From an uncultured virus (IMG/VR IMGVR_UViG_3300042868_003000) (Duplodnaviria > Heunggongvirae > Uroviricota > Caudoviricetes): a stretch of DNA of 64,000 bases. The position numbers were made by a program, and so were the translations under genes. Location: IMG/VR virus record IMGVR_UViG_3300042868_003000; one strand, given 5' to 3'. The notes beneath the pieces were generated by a model. The model saw only the letters and a list, made by a program, of their open reading frames with translations, searched no databases and was not told where the DNA came from. Of this stretch, positions 55,854 through 64,000 are shown in pieces. Position 1 is the first letter of the stretch; each line of letters starts with the position of its first letter.

Positions 55854-58800
55854 TTAGATGTACCAGGTTTGAGTGACCGTAGCCGGCGCAGATATTGCAT
55901 TTCCATTGGCTGATATTTCTGTACCTGAACTGTATGCGTATGTTGGTAGAGGAACAATCGTTGATATTGATGGGTTTATTGTGTTAGAAGTTACCACCGA
56001 ATTAAATGAATTTGTGCTAACAGTTACAATACCTTCAACATTTTGTGAATGTATATCTGTTGTAATGGTATTAATAAACACTAATGTATTTTGAGTAGTA
56101 TTTCCATTCAACACAGGCAATGCCACTGATCCGTTGGAACTTAATATTGCCTCCACATTTTGTGAGTGTATATCAGATGTGATGGTGTTAATTGGTGCCA
56201 CAGAATCCACTGTTGTTGAGAAACTATTCATAACAACAGCAGTTGGAGTTCTAATTGTAAAAGCAATTGTGTTTGAACCAACATTAATAAATCCATTGGC
56301 TGAAGACAATAAAGGAGCCGAGGTGTTTGTGGTAACTATTAGTGTGCCTGTTCCTAAATTTGTAGTTGGACCAGCTGAAGTAAATGTTCCTGGATATTGT
56401 GTATTGGCCGCAACGTTTCCGTTACCTGTAACGGTAAATGCATTTGTACTATAATCTGTAAGAGTGGTTGAACTTTTGCAGGTTAACAAACTTGTTTGTG
56501 TACCTGTGATTGCAGCGATACCTGTTCCAGAACTTTGTGTTGCAAATAATGGTGTTACAGAAGGAGTAAAGTTTGCTGTGTAAACCGCAACACCTTTAAC
56601 AACTCTCAAATTGGAAATGTTACCTAGAAAATCTCCATAATAACCTGATCCTATTCTTACTACTGATGCACTACCTGCATAATTCGTAGTATCGGCTTGA
56701 GTAACCGAATGGCCTACTCCATTAGTCCAATATTTTAATACACCCGATGTTCTGGTCAGCGCAACGTGTGTCCAAGAACCACTTGTTGGATTGGCATTTA
56801 ATCCACTGAGTGCAAGATAATACAAACTTGAAGCTGCATTGGAGTTTTGCCAATAGATGTTACCTGAAAGAATAATAAAAGCCCAATTTGTTCCGCCTGA
56901 TGCATATTGATTGATGATATCAAATGATCCGTCTGTGGTTTTAATCCAAAATTCAATGGTAAAATCACCGGTACCGAATTGGAATGCTGTACCATTGGGA
57001 ATGGTTAAGAAATCGCCTGTGCCATCAAAATAATTACTACCCAATGGTAGTTCGGAAACAATATTCGTAATTGTTCCAGTCAAAGGCAAACTATTTAACT
57101 GTGAACTAGTAACATTACTGCCTGTGATGGTATAAGGAATCAAAGCATTATTACTTAATCCTATTGTCGCCGCAGTGTAGGTTAAATTTGCACCCCATGA
57201 ACCACCAACTGATCCAGTTAAGGATATTAAAAATGTTATAGGTATGTTTAATGTATAAGAACCAGCAGTAATAGTTAATGTGTTTGATGTAGCAGTTGTT
57301 GCTGTCGTTTGTATAATTAATTGTGATGTACTGTTAGCTAAAGTAAAATTGCCAGTAAGTGATGCACCATTAATTTGTGAACTACTTACACCTGATATTG
57401 TGTATGCAACATTACTTCCATCAGCTAAGTCATCAGAATATCTAAGTGTTAAAGTATCACCCCAATATAAAGTGTTTGCGCTTGTTGATAAACCACCAGA
57501 AAGAACTTCAAATGTTCCGCTAGTAGTAAATGTATGAACCGTATTTGATCCAACTGTTGTGACTGTACCACCTGTTGCTTTTTGACTTCCTGCATACTGT
57601 ATAATTACGATACCAGAACCGCCAGCACCTGAACCAGTAGACCATCCACCGTTAGATGCCCAATAAGAACCGCCGCCACCACCGCCACCTGTATTGACTA
57701 CAGCTGTTGGTATTCCACTACCTTTAGTAGTAGCATTTATTTCATTAGTATAGACATTATAACTGTAATATGTGGTTGTACCAGAACCTCGGCCACCACC
57801 ATAAAATCCATCACCTGCTCGTTCACTACTGTTACCGCCACCGCCACCGCCGCCAGCCAGATAACGAGTGGTTCCTGTCCAATCATTAGTAATACCAATG
57901 CCGCCATTGCCACCAGGACTTGATCCTGTTCCGGCTTGACCGACTGCTCCAGCACCACCACCGCCTGCGCCAGTCCAAGTTGTTGATGTTGATCCGCCGT
58001 GATTACCTAGTACAGACAACGTTCCTGCTGTAAGGTTACTATTCGCTAGGCCGCCACCAGATTGATAGTAAGCATTACCGCCGCCTGAACCACCGTTCTG
58101 ACTTGACGATGAAAAACCTACACCTGAACTACCACCACCACCACCGCCTTCTGCAATATAACTACCTAGACCAGAATCAGTACCTTTAACTCCATTGAGA
58201 GCAGTAGCATTAGCAATTGCTGATCCGCCTGCACCAACAGTAACAGCGTAAACACCACCGGCCGTTGAAATGGATCCTCGAAGAACACCGCCTGCACCGC
58301 CGCCGCCGTTCGCATTAGTAGTACTGTGGTTACCACCACTACCACCGCCAGCTACAATTAGTGCTTCAAAACTAAGTCCCGGAGTGATTACAACATTTGC
58401 TGAATATGTTCCTGTTGTGATTGATAGTGTTTTTGTTTCAGCAACTTTGACTTTTGTTGGTACACTAAGTGTGAAAGCACCTGATGCTGAAGTAAAGTAA
58501 CCTGTTAAAGAAGTGCCGTTTAAATCTGCTGTTGTTACACCAGTTATTGTATAAGATACATTTGCTGAAGCACTATCATACAAACTGAAATTGATGGTTG
58601 TTCCACTAAAAACTGTGTTTGCTACATTATAGAATCCATTAACTGGCATTGTAGTGGTACCATTCCATGCATAGGTACCAGAATAAACACCTTTTGTTGT
58701 GACGCCTGTTGTTACATAAGTTGTGGCATTAACTGTTTGACTGGTTAAAACTCCAGTATATGTTGCAGAGCTGCTGCCATAAGTTGTGTTGAATACTGTG

Positions 58801-59435
58801 TCGGTTATTACTAAACCTGAACCACCTGAATAATCACCAGTGGCATTTGCTCCATTATAGAATGTACAGTTATAGAGTTTGCCTGTTGAATTTCCACCGT
58901 TATCATATTGTATTGACCAAGCATTGTTGGAATTTACTTCTTGGAATATTGTATTATATGCCGAACCTCTGAAGTTTACAGTTTCATCATTTAAAACTGA
59001 TACTGTATAACTGGTTGTTCGTCCACTGTTGTTGCGCTTTAATATGGCGCCATAAATGGCCGAACTAGAATTTACAAAATTGAGTGGCGCAAAATCTCGT
59101 ACTGCGGTTGCATCAGTACAGTTTATGATTACTTGACCGGCAGAACAAACAAATATTCTAGGATTGCCACCATCACTTATACATGCTGCACCATAACCAT
59201 TAGCTAATGCGGTTGCTGATATATTATATGTACCAGCAAGAATGACTATGGTAACTGATGTTGCAGTACCACTTGTCGCACTTAATGCCTGTGCGATGGT
59301 CAAATACGGAGTGGTTACCGTATTGCCGTTATTACTATCACTACCCGAAGCACTTACATATTTTACCGATGCTGAACCAGTTACAATTGAAGTGTAACTA
59401 TCTGGAAATCCATAAGTCGCTAATACATTTGACAT
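55854..59435 (-). CDS. Large glycine-rich adhesin/fibre protein with LamG-like domain
   Basis: YVS..G.D.N.G N-terminus; AGGGGG repeats; GDFTIEFWI...WTHVALTR...ISNLRVVKG. Confidence 0.8.
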   Translation of the reverse strand: MSNVLATYGFPDSYTSIVTGSASVKYVSASGSDSNNGNTVTTPYLTIAQALSATSGTATSVTIVILAGTYNISATALANGYGAACISDGGNPRIFVCSAGQVIINCTDATAVRDFAPLNFVNSSSAIYGAILKRNNSGRTTSYTVSVLNDETVNFRGSAYNTIFQEVNSNNAWSIQYDNGGNSTGKLYNCTFYNGANATGDYSGGSGLVITDTVFNTTYGSSSATYTGVLTSQTVNATTYVTTGVTTKGVYSGTYAWNGTTTMPVNGFYNVANTVFSGTTINFSLYDSASANVSYTITGVTTADLNGTSLTGYFTSASGAFTLSVPTKVKVAETKTLSITTGTYSANVVITPGLSFEALIVAGGGSGGNHSTTNANGGGGAGGVLRGSISTAGGVYAVTVGAGGSAIANATALNGVKGTDSGLGSYIAEGGGGGGSSGVGFSSSSQNGGSGGGNAYYQSGGGLANSNLTAGTLSVLGNHGGSTSTTWTGAGGGGAGAVGQAGTGSSPGGNGGIGITNDWTGTTRYLAGGGGGGGNSSERAGDGFYGGGRGSGTTTYYSYNVYTNEINATTKGSGIPTAVVNTGGGGGGGSYWASNGGWSTGSGAGGSGIVIIQYAGSQKATGGTVTTVGSNTVHTFTTSGTFEVLSGGLSTSANTLYWGDTLTLRYSDDLADGSNVAYTISGVSSSQINGASLTGNFTLANSTSQLIIQTTATTATSNTLTITAGSYTLNIPITFLISLTGSVGGSWGANLTYTAATIGLSNNALIPYTITGSNVTSSQLNSLPLTGTITNIVSELPLGSNYFDGTGDFLTIPNGTAFQFGTGDFTIEFWIKTTDGSFDIINQYASGGTNWAFIILSGNIYWQNSNAASSLYYLALSGLNANPTSGSWTHVALTRTSGVLKYWTNGVGHSVTQADTTNYAGSASVVRIGSGYYGDFLGNISNLRVVKGVAVYTANFTPSVTPLFATQSSGTGIAAITGTQTSLLTCKSSTTLTDYSTNAFTVTGNGNVAANTQYPGTFTSAGPTTNLGTGTLIVTTNTSAPLLSSANGFINVGSNTIAFTIRTPTAVVMNSFSTTVDSVAPINTITSDIHSQNVEAILSSNGSVALPVLNGNTTQNTLVFINTITTDIHSQNVEGIVTVSTNSFNSVVTSNTINPSISTIVPLPTYAYSSGTEISANGNAISAPATVTQTWYI

Positions 59436-59476
59436 TTATTTTTTAATCAAACACTTGAGTTTTCAAAAAACTCCTG

Positions 59477-60787
59477 TTAAGCTTTTCTTATCAAGAACAT
59501 GTCTCTATATAGAGTGTCATTTCCTATTACGTATGCATAATATGCTTCGTTATTAACAACAAATGTTTGACCTGGTGTGTAGTATTGTTGTAAGAAAGTA
59601 TCTGATCCACTCATACTCTTATATAATCCTATTGCTGTACCACCAGCAGTTGTTGCGCCTTGATTGTTCCTTGCAAATACAATTGGAAATGCAGGAGGAA
59701 CAAAAGTGCCTGTGGATGGATCCATTACTGGACCAGTTACTTGATACTGTCCTCTGATTTTTGATTTAAAATTGGAAAATCCTGCCGAAGGACAAAATGG
59801 CAACTGCATCTCATTTGCCCAATGATATCTAACATCTCTCACAAGGCTGTTCCACTGTGACGTTGAATATGCATAACAGGTAAGTGGATCCACATAGTTG
59901 CCATTGCTGTCTATGGCAGCACTTGATGTGGCATTGCTCGGCATGTTGTTTATTCGATACCAAAAAGGTGAACTGTTCACTGTGCCTGAACTCGAAAGAG
60001 TTCTTGTCCACATACTTGCATTTGATCCACAAGAATAGTCGTAATAGGCCGAGGCATCATAACAAACACTTACTATCGGTGGGTTATCATTGTAAGATTC
60101 TTCCCAAGCTTGAGTAGTTCTTAGTCCAACATACATCATAGCACCAGGTCCAAAAGTGCTACCAGCAGCGTTCAAACCACCTGACATTAAAATAAAATAT
60201 CGTTCTGTGCTAGCTACCAACCATTCACCCCCAAGTACTCCTGGTGACCATGGAGTATAATTATATGCAGTGGTTGATTCATCAGTCTTATTAACATCAA
60301 ATCTGTTACTAGTATATGATCCACCGGATGCTGGCATAGCTTGAGTTGTACCTAACAAATAATTTCCACCCGCATTAGCAGTTGTATTAAAACCGTGTGA
60401 AACCAATATGTGAGGATAAGTTGTATATGCTCCACTGAAAAGATAACTAGGATTAGTTCTGAAACTCAACTTGCGAAACGGAAATGCACTTTTACCACTA
60501 TCTCTAGAAAGGTCTAGTGTATAAGGCGAAGCAAAACTTGTACTATAGTTTGAAGTTATGTTTGTGTTAGCGGTATTTGCCCAACCACCACCTTCAGTAT
60601 TACTGATAACCTGTGTGATTATATCTGCTCCAGCAGGTGATGCTGTTGGTCCAGTTTGTGATAAGACACTTGGTGTTGAGTTTGCAGCTGCAGTAGTTAT
60701 GGCTTGTATTGCTCGTAAAAAGTTTATAGCAACTGCTTCTTGGTCGGTTACCGTACCGTTAACTGAGGGGTTAATCTTACATAACAT
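59477..60787 (-). CDS. Hypothetical virion protein
   Basis: 436 aa, S/T/G/N-rich, in the fibre cluster. Confidence 0.65.
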   Translation of the reverse strand: MLCKINPSVNGTVTDQEAVAINFLRAIQAITTAAANSTPSVLSQTGPTASPAGADIITQVISNTEGGGWANTANTNITSNYSTSFASPYTLDLSRDSGKSAFPFRKLSFRTNPSYLFSGAYTTYPHILVSHGFNTTANAGGNYLLGTTQAMPASGGSYTSNRFDVNKTDESTTAYNYTPWSPGVLGGEWLVASTERYFILMSGGLNAAGSTFGPGAMMYVGLRTTQAWEESYNDNPPIVSVCYDASAYYDYSCGSNASMWTRTLSSSGTVNSSPFWYRINNMPSNATSSAAIDSNGNYVDPLTCYAYSTSQWNSLVRDVRYHWANEMQLPFCPSAGFSNFKSKIRGQYQVTGPVMDPSTGTFVPPAFPIVFARNNQGATTAGGTAIGLYKSMSGSDTFLQQYYTPGQTFVVNNEAYYAYVIGNDTLYRDMFLIRKA

Positions 60788-60791
60788 ATTT

Positions 60792-61997
60792 TTACTCCGT
60801 TAGTAATGAATAATCATTAATTGTGAATCTTCGAACACTGCTTCCGTCAACGTAAGTTGTGTGTGCTCCGTATATATTTTCAGGAATTTTATATAATCCA
60901 TAAATTACAGACAATACGTTGCCGTTATCTTCATGATTAATAAACACTGGATTTTCTATTACAACTACAGAACCATTTTCATTAAATTTTCTTAATGGTG
61001 GTGTACTGACCAGGCTCATGGCGGCCTGTGAGCCATAAGAATTGGTTGTGAACTTATATCTATAAGGTATAATTCCACCGAAATATTCAGATTCTAAATC
61101 AATACCTGCCATTAATGCATCAGCCGTATATATCCTTGATACGCCATTTTTACCAATGTCAAAAATACCAATAGATGTTGCATTGTAAGGACTACTTATA
61201 ACAAGCATTTTACTACTTACAATAATGTCGATACCTTGTTGTAGACCATAAGCATTAAATGTGTTTGGTAATATGTTGGCACTTACAGGTCTAAAAACTT
61301 GCCAGTAAGTAAATCCCCATATCTGGTTCATCTCATTTGATGCTGACATGGTATAAGTGCCGGTTGATCCAGCTGTGCCAGTAATTTGTGATGAGATTGT
61401 TGTAGATGGAGAAACACTGTTTGGGTCATAAGAATTTGCGCCACTATTTCCTAGTGCATATTGACCACTTTTTGGAAACAATAAACTCATGTCGTTGTTC
61501 ATGTTGGCGCCTGCGGTTCCAGTAGAATAATATCTATCATAATTTGGACCGATTATATCACCAACAGCCAGTGTGTATCCAAGCTTTAAATTGGTAACAG
61601 CGTTAACTGTCATTGTTGTACCAGAAAATTTTGCTTGTATGTATCCAATAGATTCATACTTTACTACTTCTCTGGAATTAATTAGAGTATCGGTACCAGA
61701 TGTGTATGAGTTTGCAAGTGTTATGGTTGTTAATTTTGTTGCATCATAAGATAATCTAATGTAATCTGTTTGGTCACCATAGTCGTTGTGTATTTTACTG
61801 TAGGTGTCCGAGCCAGCAGCAGTTCCTACCCTAGCAAATTTTGCCGAAGGATATGTTCCATAGAACACTGTGTTTGCTGTGTCACAACCTACACTTAAAT
61901 GTGCTGTCGTATTGGCCAAACCTCTAATGATATTATCTATATCAGTTCTCATGGTGGTAACGTTAGCCGTACTGTTCATTCTATATCTAACTAACAT
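60792..61997 (-). CDS. Hypothetical virion protein
   Basis: 401 aa, contains ISSQITGTAGSTGTYT fibre-type motif. Confidence 0.65.
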   Translation of the reverse strand: MLVRYRMNSTANVTTMRTDIDNIIRGLANTTAHLSVGCDTANTVFYGTYPSAKFARVGTAAGSDTYSKIHNDYGDQTDYIRLSYDATKLTTITLANSYTSGTDTLINSREVVKYESIGYIQAKFSGTTMTVNAVTNLKLGYTLAVGDIIGPNYDRYYSTGTAGANMNNDMSLLFPKSGQYALGNSGANSYDPNSVSPSTTISSQITGTAGSTGTYTMSASNEMNQIWGFTYWQVFRPVSANILPNTFNAYGLQQGIDIIVSSKMLVISSPYNATSIGIFDIGKNGVSRIYTADALMAGIDLESEYFGGIIPYRYKFTTNSYGSQAAMSLVSTPPLRKFNENGSVVVIENPVFINHEDNGNVLSVIYGLYKIPENIYGAHTTYVDGSSVRRFTINDYSLLTE

Positions 61998-62311
61998 TAC
62001 TGGTCTCCTTGTGATACTGATTGTACTTCTGTATTGGCGTCAGGTACTGGATCAGGAATTATTGGTTCTTGATAACTTAAATCTGCGACCTGAATAAATT
62101 TTACAGACTCTAAATTTTCAAAACTATGAAAATAATATTTGCCACCTGGCACTTGAGTAACGACAGTTTGTATTTGTCCGTCACCATGTTCGGCCACAAA
62201 TTGTTCAGTAATATATTCTAAAGGTGATTCACCATTAGGAATAGTACCTATAAATTCATAGACATAACCTGAATAAATTGAAAAAATTTGTTTAAAATAG
62301 TAATTTGTCAT
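61997..62311 (-). CDS. Hypothetical protein
   Basis: Likely start MTNYYFKQ just after the upstream stop. Confidence 0.6.
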   Translation of the reverse strand: MTNYYFKQIFSIYSGYVYEFIGTIPNGESPLEYITEQFVAEHGDGQIQTVVTQVPGGKYYFHSFENLESVKFIQVADLSYQEPIIPDPVPDANTEVQSVSQGDQ

Positions 62312-62321
62312 AGTCTTATAT

Positions 62322-63908
62322 TTAGGTGTTTGTATATTTAATTCTAACGAATAAGTCTGTTGCGGATGCACCGTTCACATCTAATGTTAGATAATCGGTA
62401 GTCGCCAAACTTACACTTATATTTGCCGGAGTCATAACAGTTTCATTCTGTATAATGGTAAATGTATTACCTATACTAGTTCCATTTTTCTTAATGATGT
62501 AAGTAAAGTTACCACCACTGGCTGCTGTTGATAGATTTGCATAGACTGTACTTAATGTCATAGCTCTAGGTGGATAAAACCTACTGGTGCCTGTATACGG
62601 TACAGTTATTACACCAGTCATTGTTAGACTGATATATGTATCTACGGATGAACCACCGCCACCAGTGTTGGCCGCATTGAAGGCTGCATTTGCATGAACG
62701 AATGCTGCATTGGCAAATGTTGCACCAGAATTTGCGGTTACAAAAGAACCGTTAGCAAAACTTGCGGCTGAATTGGCAACAACAAATGAACCATTAGCAA
62801 ATGAACCTGCTGAGTTTGCGGTATTATATGCGTTGTTTGCTTGAGTTCTTACCCATGAATCTGTACCACCAGTATTTGCTTGATTAAAGGCCGCATTAGC
62901 TGTATCAAAAGCATTATTGGCTTGAGTTCTTACCCATGAATCTGTAGAATTATTGGCAGCTGTGAACGCAGCATTAGCTTGTGTAAAGGCCGCATTAGCT
63001 TGATTAAATGCAATTACTGTAGGTTGGTCAATTACAATATTTCCAACCATTCCAGAATGAACGGAACATTGGTACACATAAGTTGAACCAACTATATCGT
63101 AAGGAACTTTCCAATATAAAATTCCAGTAATTTTTCCTTGAGCTGAAGATCCTGTACTTAATGTTCCGTCTGTAGATATATGAGTTAGACCCGTGTCGTA
63201 ATTGGATCCTCCTGATGACAATCGAACCATAAATGGATGGCCAGAAACATTAAGATTAAATGCAATTGTTTCACCAGCACGAATATAAATTGTTGGATTA
63301 TTACCTGAATACTGGTCAATACTATAGTACATACCAGGAGCTGTAACCATCAACTTAGTTACAGCACTTGTATAATTTGAATTGGCTTGAATGAAGGCTG
63401 CATTGGCTGTTATGAAGGCACCGTTAGCAAATGAGGCCGCCGAGTTTGCAACTACAAAGGCACCATTAGCAAATGAAGCACCAGTATTTGCAACACCATA
63501 ACCAGAATTAGCTCTATCGAAAGCACCGTTGGCAAACACAGCAGCTGCATTGGCTGTTACAAAGGCACCGTTAGCAAATGAGGCTGCTGAATTAGCAACA
63601 ACAAATGAACCATTAGCAAATGATGCACCAGTGTTTGCTTGGTCATAACCAGAATTGGCTCTTAAGAAAGAACCATTTGCAAACGTTGCACCGGAATTTG
63701 CCTTGTCATATGCATTATTAGCTTGTGTTCTTACCCAAGTATCCGTGGAGTTATTTGCTTGAGCATAAGCCGCATTAGCATGTGCAAAGGCACCATTAGC
63801 AAATGAACCAGAAGAATTTGCCTGTGAAAAAGCCGCATTAGCCTGTACAAATGCATCGTTTGCAGTTGTATCATCTATAATAAACGGTTTGATTTTTAAT
63901 AAAGACAT
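62322..63908 (-). CDS. Fibre protein with AN-heptad repeats and central cupredoxin-like domain
   Basis: Many ANS(A/G)ASFANG(A/S)F repeats flanking GHPF...YQCSVHSGMVG. Confidence 0.75.
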   Translation of the reverse strand: MSLLKIKPFIIDDTTANDAFVQANAAFSQANSSGSFANGAFAHANAAYAQANNSTDTWVRTQANNAYDKANSGATFANGSFLRANSGYDQANTGASFANGSFVVANSAASFANGAFVTANAAAVFANGAFDRANSGYGVANTGASFANGAFVVANSAASFANGAFITANAAFIQANSNYTSAVTKLMVTAPGMYYSIDQYSGNNPTIYIRAGETIAFNLNVSGHPFMVRLSSGGSNYDTGLTHISTDGTLSTGSSAQGKITGILYWKVPYDIVGSTYVYQCSVHSGMVGNIVIDQPTVIAFNQANAAFTQANAAFTAANNSTDSWVRTQANNAFDTANAAFNQANTGGTDSWVRTQANNAYNTANSAGSFANGSFVVANSAASFANGSFVTANSGATFANAAFVHANAAFNAANTGGGGSSVDTYISLTMTGVITVPYTGTSRFYPPRAMTLSTVYANLSTAASGGNFTYIIKKNGTSIGNTFTIIQNETVMTPANISVSLATTDYLTLDVNGASATDLFVRIKYTNT

Positions 63909-64000
63909 TTTCTTTTTGCTATAGTTATTCTATATTTAGTAGTGTGTTTAAACCGCTGGGCCACTATATTATTTGGTAGTGAAGGCACTGGTTGGTGCAG

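Noticed and set aside
300..62097. Many plus-strand and alternate-frame ORFs inside core genes
   Set aside because: Shadow ORFs of well-supported minus-strand genes
55138..63908. CRISPR array or diversity-generating retroelement
   Set aside because: Repeats are in-frame protein repeats with synonymous variation; no spacer pattern, adenine-specific variation or reverse transcriptase seen

Overview
A 64 kb segment of a large, AT-rich, T4-like myovirus genome, almost entirely encoded on the minus strand. Host-like genes weakly suggest a betaproteobacterial host. From left to right it holds: glycosyltransferases; a replication block (gp41, UvsX, gp43); a small plus-strand island with a PBP7/S11 peptidase; a tRNA region (12.9-22.6 kb) with 30 tRNA or tRNA-like genes covering all 20 amino acids, interleaved with at least four unidentified structured RNAs and several enzymes; stress and auxiliary genes (GroES, Hsp20, rubrerythrin, rubredoxin, peptide deformylase); regA/62/44/45/1/46/47/55/uvsW/uvsY; the head-tail block (gp3, 23, 22, 21, 20, 19, 18, 17, 16, 15, 14, 13); and fibre/adhesin genes. 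The main discovery is an unannotated leaderless 36-codon ORF (20216-20326, minus) directly upstream of the tRNA array. It contains all 20 amino acids in 30 different codons and is followed by mutually exclusive antiterminator and terminator helices. This looks like a ribosome-dependent attenuator that senses shortage of any tRNA and switches on the phage's full replacement tRNA set. The array also has duplicated operator-promoter-rrn boxA modules and several non-canonical tRNAs (compact-D-arm Gly-ACC, Ala-UGC and Ile-UAU; an 8/4 Ser-UGA; two short-arm Leu). All calls were made by eye from the sequence and recalled family motifs; no database searches were run.
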